Shown piece after piece: positions 9,795-22,011 of a DNA stretch of 64,000 nucleotides. The stretch comes from Candidatus Omnitrophota bacterium (GTDB lineage: Bacteria; Omnitrophota; Gorgyraeia; Zapsychrales; JAHFFX01), in NCBI GenBank assembly GCA_023247705.1, contig JAHFFY010000001.1:97358-161357 (forward strand), read 5' to 3'. The notes beneath the pieces were generated by a model. The model searched no databases and had not been told where the DNA came from. It worked only from the letters and a program-made list of their open reading frames with translations. Position numbers and translations under genes: made by a program. Within the stretch, counting starts at the first letter, position 1. Every line of letters begins with the position of its first letter.

Positions 9795-11651
9795 ATGGAT
9801 AAATCTACAAAAACCATTCATTCCTTTCATGTCCCAGTCATGGGGACCGGATTTTCGATTGATACCCCAATTAAAGTCGCTAAATATGGGATTTCGTCTG
9901 TCATTTCACTGGTTGATGATACCCTTATTGAGCAGATGCGAAAATTTTACTGTGAGGTCATGAAAGAAGACTATATTCCTATTTCTAAATACGAACCTGA
10001 TTACCGGGCCAGACGAATCACGGCGTATTTGAATTTAGTGGACAGAATTGTCAAAAAACAGTTTGAAGTCCTCAAAAATTCCGCATTTGAAGTCGGGAGT
10101 GAAATCACCAAATATTTTGAGTTGCTGTCGGACCATTCTCCGCTCAAGAATTTATATAATAAAATGCTCGCCACCACCGATCAGCAATCCAAATCAGATC
10201 TACAAACCGAATTGCGTAACAGCATTCAACCGGGAGATATCAACGTCAATATCATGACGAAACTTGACCGGAATAATCATGCTCCGGACGGCACCGAGCT
10301 CCCTCCTGAATTTTCCGATGCCTTATCTGCATTACGTGGATATGCGCAAAGCACGTTAAATTCAGCGATTGTTTTTTCTGCCGGGATAAATCGTCGTTTG
10401 TATACTTATGTTGAAAATTTTAAAGATTTTTATGCCGACGCATCGGGTCTTATTAAAAAGCGAATTATCCTTAAAGTGAGTGACTACCGGTCGTCCATTA
10501 CCCAAGGTAAATTTTTTGCCAAAAAAGGACTTTGGGTTTCAGAATACCGCATCGAATCCGGGTTAAACTGCGGTGGACATGCCTTTGCCACTGATGGATA
10601 TCTGATGGGGCCGATTTTGGAAGAATTCAAAATCAAAAAGCAAGAATTAATCAATTCATTGCATGAGATCTATAATCAAGCGGTTCAGTTAAAGAATAAA
10701 TTGAACTTTCTGAGTCCTCATCCCATCCGGATCACCGCTCAAGGTGGTATTGGGACGTATAACGAAGACCGTCTTTTATTGGATTATTATCAAATCGATG
10801 GCACAGGCTGGGCGACCCCCTTTCTTCTGGTCCCGGAAGTCACCAACGTTGATGATGACACTCTCAAAAAGCTGGCTGCGGCGACCGAAGATGATTTGTA
10901 TTTAAGCAATGTCTCTCCTTTAGGCGTCCCGTTCCATAATTTGCGCGGATCAAATAGCGACCTCGAACGAGACCGGCGTGTTGAGGATAACCGTCCCGGC
11001 AGCGCTTGTCCCAAAGGTCATCTGGTGTCCAACACGGAATTTACCACAAAAACAATTTGTACCGCTTCCCGTCAGTACCAAAAGTCAAAAATTGATCAGT
11101 TGAACGCCATGAATCTTTCCGAGCAAGAATACAAAAAAGCGATGGATAAAGTGGTTGTCAAATCCTGCATCTGTCATGATCTCGGGGAAGGGGTTTTATT
11201 AAAAAATAAAATTATCGAGAACGGCCAAAAGCGTTTTGCGGCAGTTTGCCCCGGGCCGAATATCGCTTATTTCTCCAAGATATCGACCTTGGCAGAAATG
11301 GTGGGACATATTTATGGTCGACTCAACCTGCTCAATGCAACGGAGCGTCCCCATATGTTCATTAAAGAGTTAAAACTTTATATTGATTATTTAAAAAACG
11401 AAATAATGAAATGCGTCTTGGAGCCGACGTCAAAGGAAATTGCCTATTTGACAGAGTTCAAGAATAACCTTTTGGACGGAATGAATTATTACAAAACTTT
11501 TTTTCCGAAAATGATTGAAGAAACGCAAGAATATCGAATGAAAATGCTAGAAGAATTAAAGAAATACAGCCAGAAATTGGAATATCTTGTTGAAGAGCAT
11601 CAACACCTATTTTCTGAAACCTCTTTAGCCCCTGCTGCTGTTCCTGCCTAA
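9795..11651 (+). CDS. Uncharacterised protein, probable FMN-linked TIM-barrel oxidoreductase with Cys-rich C-terminal region
   Basis: 618-aa ORF; VPVMG, IESGLNCGGHAF, ITAQGGIG, GWATPFL and SPLGVPF resemble NMO/FabK-family motifs in order; several Cys near the C-terminus. Confidence 0.6.
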   Translation: MDKSTKTIHSFHVPVMGTGFSIDTPIKVAKYGISSVISLVDDTLIEQMRKFYCEVMKEDYIPISKYEPDYRARRITAYLNLVDRIVKKQFEVLKNSAFEVGSEITKYFELLSDHSPLKNLYNKMLATTDQQSKSDLQTELRNSIQPGDINVNIMTKLDRNNHAPDGTELPPEFSDALSALRGYAQSTLNSAIVFSAGINRRLYTYVENFKDFYADASGLIKKRIILKVSDYRSSITQGKFFAKKGLWVSEYRIESGLNCGGHAFATDGYLMGPILEEFKIKKQELINSLHEIYNQAVQLKNKLNFLSPHPIRITAQGGIGTYNEDRLLLDYYQIDGTGWATPFLLVPEVTNVDDDTLKKLAAATEDDLYLSNVSPLGVPFHNLRGSNSDLERDRRVEDNRPGSACPKGHLVSNTEFTTKTICTASRQYQKSKIDQLNAMNLSEQEYKKAMDKVVVKSCICHDLGEGVLLKNKIIENGQKRFAAVCPGPNIAYFSKISTLAEMVGHIYGRLNLLNATERPHMFIKELKLYIDYLKNEIMKCVLEPTSKEIAYLTEFKNNLLDGMNYYKTFFPKMIEETQEYRMKMLEELKKYSQKLEYLVEEHQHLFSETSLAPAAVPA

Positions 11652-11667
11652 TTAAATCCGATTTAAT
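11651..11667. repeat. AT-rich palindrome between convergent genes (possible weak terminator)
   Basis: ATTAAATC-C-GATTTAAT. Confidence 0.35.
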
Positions 11668-11683
11668 ATTGCGATTAAAATTT

Positions 11684-13531
<1,848 letters not shown>

Positions 13532-13596
13532 TCAAATTAAATTCCGTATCCTTAGAAAAGCAAATCTAGTCTTTCAAAGCGTTCAGCGATCATGAA

Positions 13597-13959
13597 TTAA
13601 CTAAAGGAAGTCCCGCATCCGCAACTATTCGAGGCGTTGGGATTCCGATACTTGAAACCACTTTCTTTCAATGTATCAATGTAATCGAGTTCAATCCCTT
13701 TTAAGAATGAAACACTTTCTTCATTAATAAAAATTTTAAAATCTCCCTGTTCGAGAACAATATCGTTTGAGTACGGAGTTTTCTGGAAGCGAAGGTCATA
13801 TGAAAGGCCGGCGCACCCTCCGGGGATGACGCCAACGCGCAGCCCGTATCCTTGTTTGCCTTCTTTTTCCATCATGGTTTTGATTTTCGCGACCGCGGAA
13901 TCGGTCACGGTGATCAGTTTTGATGGTGAAGATTGATTATTCTTTTGAGTTGTGTCCAT
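13597..13959 (-). CDS. A-type Fe-S cluster carrier (IscA/ErpA/HesB family)
   Basis: GGCAGLSY and NPNA..SCGCGTSF; start set at ATG 13959. Confidence 0.95.
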   Translation of the reverse strand: MDTTQKNNQSSPSKLITVTDSAVAKIKTMMEKEGKQGYGLRVGVIPGGCAGLSYDLRFQKTPYSNDIVLEQGDFKIFINEESVSFLKGIELDYIDTLKESGFKYRNPNASNSCGCGTSFS

Positions 13960-13967
13960 TGGTTTTC

Positions 13968-15131
13968 CTATCGTTTGGGATAAAACAACGCAATACTGTC
14001 GGTAAATCCATGCAAGAAGTTGTCCTGACAGACCGGTCCAATTTCGCCTGCGCAAAAGAAACCGCCGGCAGGGATCGGCCCAAGGTGCTGCTGAATTAAT
14101 TTTATATCATGATTTCTTGTTCGGAACAAATTTTCGCCTCTTCCGTTGCAGGAGAACACGAGCGCACCTTTTGGTTTTTCTTTATTCTGGGCCGTTAAAG
14201 CTGTCAGCAATTCGCTGAGATCCTCTGTGGCGGTTTGCGCGTCGCGTACATGAAATTGAACGGTTTGTCCGGTTTTGATTACATCCGCAATCGCCCCTGC
14301 TCCGGTTTTACGGTCGAGACCAACGAGTCCCCGGATCAAAAAATCCCCGCGTTTAAATTGATGCTGATATTCATTCATCGCAATGCCGACAAAAATCGTT
14401 TCTTGGGCGAGGAGTTTATCCCGGGCCGAAGCCTTATGCAATACTTCTTGCAGAATTTCCAGGAAAGGTTTTCCTCCTAAATCAAATATAATATTTTCTT
14501 GTGATTTTGTCACAATAAATGTTTCGCCAATCGGACGGCATCCTTGCGAAACAATGGTTTCAACCGCAACATTTCCGGTCAATACAATCCCTACCATGCC
14601 GTTATCCAGCTGTTCATCATTTAAAATAAGGCCGTTTTCTCCCTGTTGAAACCCTCCGCTCGCCACCCCTCCGATTACCGGACAGCGTGGATAAGATTGG
14701 TTGATCCATTGCAGAAATCGATTCATATCAAAGGTAAATGGATCAGGCAATGTGATAAAGATTGGATTTTCACTTGGATAAATCTCAAAGAAATTATACC
14801 AGCTCTCCTTGTTTTCCAAGACCTCTAATTCGCTTTGTTGAATCGAGAAAGGCGTTATTTTGACACCGGGGAAATTCGCTAAGATCAGGACGTTTGCGGG
14901 CTTTCGTTCGATTTCTTCTTCGCTTCCGATGACACCGGCACAGGTGCAACCAAGCAACAGATTACAACGCAAGCGCTTCTTCAATAACATTACAATTTCA
15001 TCCACAGACACTTTATTAAAAGAAGAAATGAAGATAATGCCTAGATCAAACGGATCGGTGAGATCGCTGGTTAAATCTTCGATGATTTTGTGACTGTCCG
15101 TAGCATAGCTTGTTTTGCTGATAAATTGCAC
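13968..15131 (-). CDS. FIST N/C domain protein (NosP-like sensor family)
   Basis: LLGCTCAGVIG, PVIGGVASG, VSQGCRPIG, QFHVRD, FSCNGRG, GFFCAGEIGP, LHGFT. Confidence 0.9.
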   Translation of the reverse strand: MQFISKTSYATDSHKIIEDLTSDLTDPFDLGIIFISSFNKVSVDEIVMLLKKRLRCNLLLGCTCAGVIGSEEEIERKPANVLILANFPGVKITPFSIQQSELEVLENKESWYNFFEIYPSENPIFITLPDPFTFDMNRFLQWINQSYPRCPVIGGVASGGFQQGENGLILNDEQLDNGMVGIVLTGNVAVETIVSQGCRPIGETFIVTKSQENIIFDLGGKPFLEILQEVLHKASARDKLLAQETIFVGIAMNEYQHQFKRGDFLIRGLVGLDRKTGAGAIADVIKTGQTVQFHVRDAQTATEDLSELLTALTAQNKEKPKGALVFSCNGRGENLFRTRNHDIKLIQQHLGPIPAGGFFCAGEIGPVCQDNFLHGFTDSIALFYPKR

Positions 15132-15249
15132 AATATTTAAATTTCCGGAATTGGGAATTCTTTTTGTTTACATTAATTTTGATCGTGATTTATTTTAACA
15201 TGATCAATTAAAAAATGTGAACTATTTTGTGATTTGCAGAAGAATTCTT

Positions 15250-15678
15250 TTATTTTTTTGAGGAACGAATCATCAAAACCGGAATATCGGTGCGGTGGCG
15301 AATATTCTCGGCAACGCTGCCCAGAATGATATCTTTAAAAAGTCGGTGACCGTGGGTGGACATGGCAATAAGGTCGCATTCTTCTTTAGTCAGAATCGAA
15401 AGGATTTCGTCAGCGGGTTCTCCCTGGACCAAATGGATCACCGTGGGGAAACCCTCCTTGATTAATTCCTCTTTCCGATTTTCTAAATATATTTTATCTT
15501 TTTTGATCTCTTCGGAATCTTCGAGATTTAATTGTTGTTGTAGCCGCGCCACATAGCCATCTGCGACATGCACTAAAACCAGACTGGCCTTGGTTAATCT
15601 GGCTAATGGTTTAATATGGGTCAAAATGGTATTATCTACAGGAGAATTTTCCAACGGGATTAAAATTTTTTTATACAT
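15250..15678 (-). CDS. Universal stress protein (UspA family)
   Basis: MYKKILIP, DLIAMSTHGH, ILGSVAE..PVL. Confidence 0.93.
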   Translation of the reverse strand: MYKKILIPLENSPVDNTILTHIKPLARLTKASLVLVHVADGYVARLQQQLNLEDSEEIKKDKIYLENRKEELIKEGFPTVIHLVQGEPADEILSILTKEECDLIAMSTHGHRLFKDIILGSVAENIRHRTDIPVLMIRSSKK

Positions 15679-15693
15679 AAAAATCCTTTTAAA

Positions 15694-17058
15694 CTATTTT
15701 AGCCAACCGATGATTGTTTGGACTAACAGGTAAAGATTCAAAACTCCTATAATCACGGCGATCACCCAAACGATGATCTTTAGACCTGGTGAATTAGCGA
15801 ATGCCCCCATTTTTCTTTTATCACTGGTGAACCACACCAGCGGAACAACCGCAAAACTTAATTGTAAGGAAAGAATCACCTGGCTTAAGATGAGTAAATT
15901 GCCAACTCCTTTTTCTCCATATAAAATCGCGACGATCACAGCGGGGACGATGGCTAAAGAACGCGTTATAATTCTTCTTATCCATGGACGAAGTCTAATA
16001 TTTAAAAATCCTTCCATAACGATTTGTCCCGCCAGTGTTCCGGTTAACGTCGAGTTTTGTCCAGAGGCTAACAACGCAATGGCGAACAACGTACTTGCCA
16101 TAGGGATTCCGAGAACTGGCGTTAAAAGTTTATATGCATCGTTGATATCGGCCACGTTTTCGTATTGGGTCCCGTGAAACGCAGCAGCACTCAAAACAAG
16201 GATTGCGGCATTAATAAAGAAGGCACAAAGCAACGCGGCAGTCGAATCGAATGTCGCAAATCGAATCGCCATTCTCTTCCCTTCGATATCCCGTTTAAAA
16301 GCCCTTGTCTGAACTATACTGGAATGTAAATATAAATTATGCGGCATAACCGTCGCCCCTAAAATTCCAATCGCGATATACAGCATGGATGGATCGGTGA
16401 CGATTCCCGTCCGGGGGAAAATACTCATCATGATTTGAGAATAAGACGGATTGGCCGCAATCAACTCAAAGGTAAAGCATCCGCCAATCGTAAAAATTAA
16501 AGCGGCTACAATACATTCTAGGATCCGGAATCCTTTGTGTTGCAAAAACAAAACAATCATAACATCTAATGCGGTCAGGATGACACCCAGTATTAACGGA
16601 ATATGAAAAAGGAGATTAAGCGCGATCGCTGATCCAATCACTTCCGCCAGATCACAGGCAGCGATCGCAATTTCGCAAAGGACCCAGAGGAAATAAACAA
16701 CCGGTTTTGAAAAATGATCCCGGCAGGCCTGTGCTAAATCCCGGCTGGTTACAATCCCTAATTTCAATGATAAATACTGCAGTAAAATAGCCATAAAGTT
16801 GGAAATAAGAATTACGGAAATCAATGTATACCCGAATTTCGCACCCCCGGCTAAGTCGGTGGCCCAATTCCCAGGATCCATATACCCAACGGCCACCATC
16901 AGCCCTGGGCCGGCAAATGCGAGTATTTTTTTCCAAATTGAAAGACTTTGGGAAACAGGAATAGAAGCGTTTACTTCGGGTAAGCTGGGTGTGGTGACTG
17001 GTCTTCTCCACGCGCCTATTTCAGAACCATCAAAATTATTTAAAATACGATCTGGCAT
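15694..17058 (-). CDS. mntH: Nramp-family Mn2+/Fe2+ transporter
   Basis: GYMDPGNWATD, GATVMPHNLYLHS, GTLAGQIVMEGF. Confidence 0.97.
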   Translation of the reverse strand: MPDRILNNFDGSEIGAWRRPVTTPSLPEVNASIPVSQSLSIWKKILAFAGPGLMVAVGYMDPGNWATDLAGGAKFGYTLISVILISNFMAILLQYLSLKLGIVTSRDLAQACRDHFSKPVVYFLWVLCEIAIAACDLAEVIGSAIALNLLFHIPLILGVILTALDVMIVLFLQHKGFRILECIVAALIFTIGGCFTFELIAANPSYSQIMMSIFPRTGIVTDPSMLYIAIGILGATVMPHNLYLHSSIVQTRAFKRDIEGKRMAIRFATFDSTAALLCAFFINAAILVLSAAAFHGTQYENVADINDAYKLLTPVLGIPMASTLFAIALLASGQNSTLTGTLAGQIVMEGFLNIRLRPWIRRIITRSLAIVPAVIVAILYGEKGVGNLLILSQVILSLQLSFAVVPLVWFTSDKRKMGAFANSPGLKIIVWVIAVIIGVLNLYLLVQTIIGWLK

Positions 17059-17542
17059 AGTTTTCTCCAGGTGATAATGCTTTTTCTTTTAACTTCTGAC
17101 ATTTTGCACAAACTCCATAGAAATGCATTTCATGGCCTAATACTTTAAAATTTTTGGATTTCAGAATAGGAATGTAGTTTAAATCACACTGCTTGCAAAA
17201 AAATTCGATAACCGCGTAACAACGGATACATCGCGCATGATGGTGCAAGATTTCATCATAAACGTGCTCATAATGTTCATGTTTTTCTCCAAATGCGGTC
17301 TTGCGGATGATCCCTGCCTCCAACAACTCACGGATACTGCGGTAGATCGTTGCTCGGGAAACTTTATTCCGGTTCTTTCGGCAGAGCTTGATCAATTCTT
17401 CGGTGGTAAAGTGTCCGTGCAATGACATCGCGAGATGACAGATGAGGATTCTTCCAGGAGTGATTTTAAAACCGGTTCGAATCAAATAATCTTTAAATCG
17501 CTTTTCTTCTCGTGATAATAAGCTCTGCTTCCCTTTGCTCAT
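17036..17542 (-). CDS. Fur-family transcriptional regulator (Mur/Zur/PerR-like)
   Basis: VSRATIYR, HHHARCIRC, FYGVCAKC. Confidence 0.92.
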   Translation of the reverse strand: MSKGKQSLLSREEKRFKDYLIRTGFKITPGRILICHLAMSLHGHFTTEELIKLCRKNRNKVSRATIYRSIRELLEAGIIRKTAFGEKHEHYEHVYDEILHHHARCIRCYAVIEFFCKQCDLNYIPILKSKNFKVLGHEMHFYGVCAKCQKLKEKALSPGENYARSYFK

Positions 17543-17550
17543 AATGAGAC

Positions 17551-17579
17551 AGTGTATCTTCTAATTAAAACAGTGTCAA
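17551..17579 (-). promoter_or_regulatory. Putative sigma70 promoter of fur-mntH-usp
   Basis: Minus strand TTGACA-N17-TACACT, 8 nt upstream of ATG. Confidence 0.7.
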
Positions 17580-17649
17580 TCAGAATTTAAAGAATCTTAA
17601 GTCGAACTCATAAGGGAGATTTGTTAAGCAATAATTCTTTCGGGAATAT

Positions 17650-18198
17650 TTATCTCCATTTAATGGAACAGCCCATGGAAGATTTTTGATTGGTGGAGAT
17701 AGGTTTGCTTGAAGATAAACAGTCGATGGCCTCTTTTAATTCTTGTTGCTTGACTTTGCTTTCATCTTGCCAGTTATCATCGATACGGCCATGATAAACG
17801 AGTTCTTGGTGTGAATCGAAAAGATAAATGTCCGGGGTGCACTGGGCATTGAACGCCTTGGCAACGTTTTGCGATTCATCCACGAGATACGGAAAGTCAA
17901 TCCCCCACTCTTTAATTTTAAGGATCATTTCGGCCGGGGCATCTTCCGGGTATTGGGGATGAATATTCGGATTGATCGCGACCGTATTGATCTGGGATAC
18001 TCGAGCATGCTTCGCCAAACGGATTAACCGGGGCCAGACCGCCAATGCATACGGACAATGGTTGCAGGTAAAAACGATCAGCAATCCCTTTTGTCCGAAT
18101 AAATTTTTGCCAACATACTCTTTACCTAACGGATCGCTTATTTTGAAGTCAGGCATTTTAATTTTTAAAGGGATACTAATGGATTCTAAAAGAGCCAT
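17650..18198 (-). CDS. Thioredoxin-fold AhpC/TSA-like protein
   Basis: FTCNHCPY, AQCTPDIYLFD, YHGRIDD, SMGCSIKW. Confidence 0.93.
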   Translation of the reverse strand: MALLESISIPLKIKMPDFKISDPLGKEYVGKNLFGQKGLLIVFTCNHCPYALAVWPRLIRLAKHARVSQINTVAINPNIHPQYPEDAPAEMILKIKEWGIDFPYLVDESQNVAKAFNAQCTPDIYLFDSHQELVYHGRIDDNWQDESKVKQQELKEAIDCLSSSKPISTNQKSSMGCSIKWR

Positions 18199-18212
18199 CG
18201 CAGTTCCTTGAG

Positions 18213-19514
<1,302 letters not shown>

Positions 19515-19521
19515 TCAATGA

Positions 19522-20331
19522 TTAATTGAGAAATGAAAAGATCAATCCAATTCCTATCGCAAGAAATATTGCGGAACAAAAAATTTTAAGTGTGGGCATA
19601 TATTTAGTTAAAAACTCTACACATCTTTTATCGCGGCTGATCACCAGCATAAAAACCAAACTGATGATTAATGGGATAATAAAACTTAAACTATAGCAGA
19701 AAGCCGATGCCAGCGCAGGAATTCTTTGATTTTCAACAAACAATAGATAAAAGTTTGTCGTTACATACAATTGCTCCGGACACGCGGACGCTAAAAGTGA
19801 CAAAATCAATCCGAGCAAAAACGGCCACCATCTTGATTCTAAACCAATGAACAAGTTGGGTTTTTTCGTTATTTTTTGCTTCGGTTCGCTTTCTTCTCCT
19901 GTTTTTTCAACGCTTAAAGGAAATTTTATTTTAAAGGAGGCCGTATTGTTGGTCTGTTTATAAAGACACCAATCATGAATGTTACGCCACGCGAGAAAAA
20001 TTAAGAACGCCCCTGTTAAAATATAAAAACCTTGCGCACCTGTCGAAAACAATGCGGACGCACGAACCGCATTAAAAAAACCGGAAATCACTAAAAACGA
20101 AGATAAAAAAACCCCAAGTATAAAATAAAATCCAAGCCGAAGCATTTTATCGGGATAAAAAATCAGAAAGAACATCCCGATCGATAAAAAAACCAAGTTT
20201 GTTATGGCGCATGGATTCAAACTGTCATTAACACCGCCTATAAAAAATGGAAGCAAGCTGAAAGATTGCGAGGTGAATTGTTCGTTTCGCTCTGTCGTAA
20301 TTGTTTTTTCTCTAGTCGACATAGATACCAT
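19522..20331 (-). CDS. Membrane protein, CcdA/DsbD transmembrane-domain-like
   Basis: About 6 hydrophobic segments; DSLNPCA and ASACPEQLY Cys motifs. Confidence 0.6.
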   Translation of the reverse strand: MVSMSTREKTITTERNEQFTSQSFSLLPFFIGGVNDSLNPCAITNLVFLSIGMFFLIFYPDKMLRLGFYFILGVFLSSFLVISGFFNAVRASALFSTGAQGFYILTGAFLIFLAWRNIHDWCLYKQTNNTASFKIKFPLSVEKTGEESEPKQKITKKPNLFIGLESRWWPFLLGLILSLLASACPEQLYVTTNFYLLFVENQRIPALASAFCYSLSFIIPLIISLVFMLVISRDKRCVEFLTKYMPTLKIFCSAIFLAIGIGLIFSFLN

Positions 20332-21914
20332 TAAACTTTAATCAGTTTGACAAACAATACGTCCTTTTTCTTTCGCAATTTTTCTAAGACGGGATCAGGC
20401 ACATCGCTATCGACGTTAACCACACTGATGACTAACCCGCCTTGTTTTTCTCGTCCAAAGCTGATGCTTCCGATATTAATGTTGCCTTCGGCCAAAATCG
20501 TTCCAACCGCACCCACGATTCCGGGTTTATCATTGTTATTGATGAAGAGCATGTATCCAGCGGGAGTGGCTTCCACATAAATATTGTTGATCTTAACGAT
20601 GCGCGGTTTGTTATTCGCGGACAAGGTCCCCCAGAGATGAAAGGCCTCTTTGTCCGTGATGACCTCTAAACTAACTAGATTGACAAACTCTTCTTCTTTA
20701 CTGGAATGGATTTCTTGAACCTTGATCGCCCTGTCTCTGGCCAAATCAATGGCATTGATAAAATTGACGGATTCCCCCAGGATCGGCGAAAGTAGTCCGT
20801 ACACACACGACATCGTCACCGGCGCAACTTTATGGGTTGTGACGGTTCCGCCGTAAACAATATTTATTTCTTTGATCCGGCCTTGAATCAACTGACCGGC
20901 GAATTTTCCCATGCGTTCAGCCAAATTGATATAAGGTTCTAAAATTTTGTAAGCTTCGGCGCTGACCGATGGAAAATTGGCGGCGTTCATGATCCCTTTG
21001 CCTTGAATGGCATTGCGGACCGATTCCGCGATCTCGATGGCCACATTGACTTGGGCTTCGGTCGTTGAAGCGCCCAAATGCGGTGTCGCCACACAGTGAT
21101 CAAATTTCAAAAGCGGTGAATTGAAGTCGGGTGGTTCTGTTTCATAAACGTCTAATGCCGCTCCGGCGATTTTTTTGTTTTTCAGCGCGTCAATCAAGGC
21201 CGCTTCATCGATGATTCCTCCTCGGGCACAATTGATCACCCGGACCGTATTTTTCATCATGGCAAACTCTTTGTGCGAGATGAGATGTTTTGTCTCCGCG
21301 CTTTTGGGAATATGGATGGTGATATAATCTGATGTTTTAAAAAGTTCTTTCAGTTCAACCACCTCAACGCCTAATTTGGTTGCCACTTCCATGGAGAGAA
21401 AAGGATCATAGGCCAAAATTTTCATGCCGAACGATTTGGCCATTTTAGAAACGGTTGAACCGATGCGTCCCAATCCGATAATCCCTAACGTTTTTCCGTA
21501 TAGTTCGACCCCTTCAAACTTTGACCGTTCCCATTTCCCGGCTTTCAAGGAAGCGCAGGCCTGCGGAATATTTCGCGATAACGAAAGAATCAGGCTCATC
21601 GTATGCTCGGCGGTTGAAGTTGTGTTGCCGGCGGGTGTGTTCATCGCCACAATGCCTTTTTTGGTTGCGGCGGGTAGATCCACATTATCCAACCCAACCC
21701 CGGCGCGGCCGATGACTTTTAACTTTTGCGCCGCTTCGATGATATCTGCCGTCACGGTCGTTGCGCTGCGGATGATCAAGGCATCATAGTCTTTGATAAT
21801 CGCTTTGAGCTCGTCGGGTTTTAAACCATATTTACAATCCACCTGAAATTCTTTGACCGCTTTTAATATATCAATTCCTTCTTGAGCAAGTTTATCACTA
21901 ATAAGAATTTTCAT
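20331..21914 (-). CDS. serA: D-3-phosphoglycerate dehydrogenase (long form with ACT domain)
   Basis: GRAGVGLDNVD, GLGRIG, NCARGG, TPHLGAST.EAQ, C-terminal DKPGIVG. Confidence 0.97.
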   Translation of the reverse strand: MKILISDKLAQEGIDILKAVKEFQVDCKYGLKPDELKAIIKDYDALIIRSATTVTADIIEAAQKLKVIGRAGVGLDNVDLPAATKKGIVAMNTPAGNTTSTAEHTMSLILSLSRNIPQACASLKAGKWERSKFEGVELYGKTLGIIGLGRIGSTVSKMAKSFGMKILAYDPFLSMEVATKLGVEVVELKELFKTSDYITIHIPKSAETKHLISHKEFAMMKNTVRVINCARGGIIDEAALIDALKNKKIAGAALDVYETEPPDFNSPLLKFDHCVATPHLGASTTEAQVNVAIEIAESVRNAIQGKGIMNAANFPSVSAEAYKILEPYINLAERMGKFAGQLIQGRIKEINIVYGGTVTTHKVAPVTMSCVYGLLSPILGESVNFINAIDLARDRAIKVQEIHSSKEEEFVNLVSLEVITDKEAFHLWGTLSANNKPRIVKINNIYVEATPAGYMLFINNNDKPGIVGAVGTILAEGNINIGSISFGREKQGGLVISVVNVDSDVPDPVLEKLRKKKDVLFVKLIKV

Positions 21915-21956
21915 AGTTTACTCCGGTTTTGAGCCATTTCTTATAAGCTAAAATAT

Positions 21957-22009
21957 ATCACGACATGATTTGCGTTATGACCAATCATGTGCGTGATGAC
22001 ATGATTTGC
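21957..22009. repeat. Intergenic inverted repeat plus 12-bp direct repeat
   Basis: ATCACG-ACATGATT...AATCATGT-G-CGTGAT at 21957-21997; GACATGATTTGC at 21962 and 21998. Confidence 0.7.
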
Positions 22010-22011
22010 CT

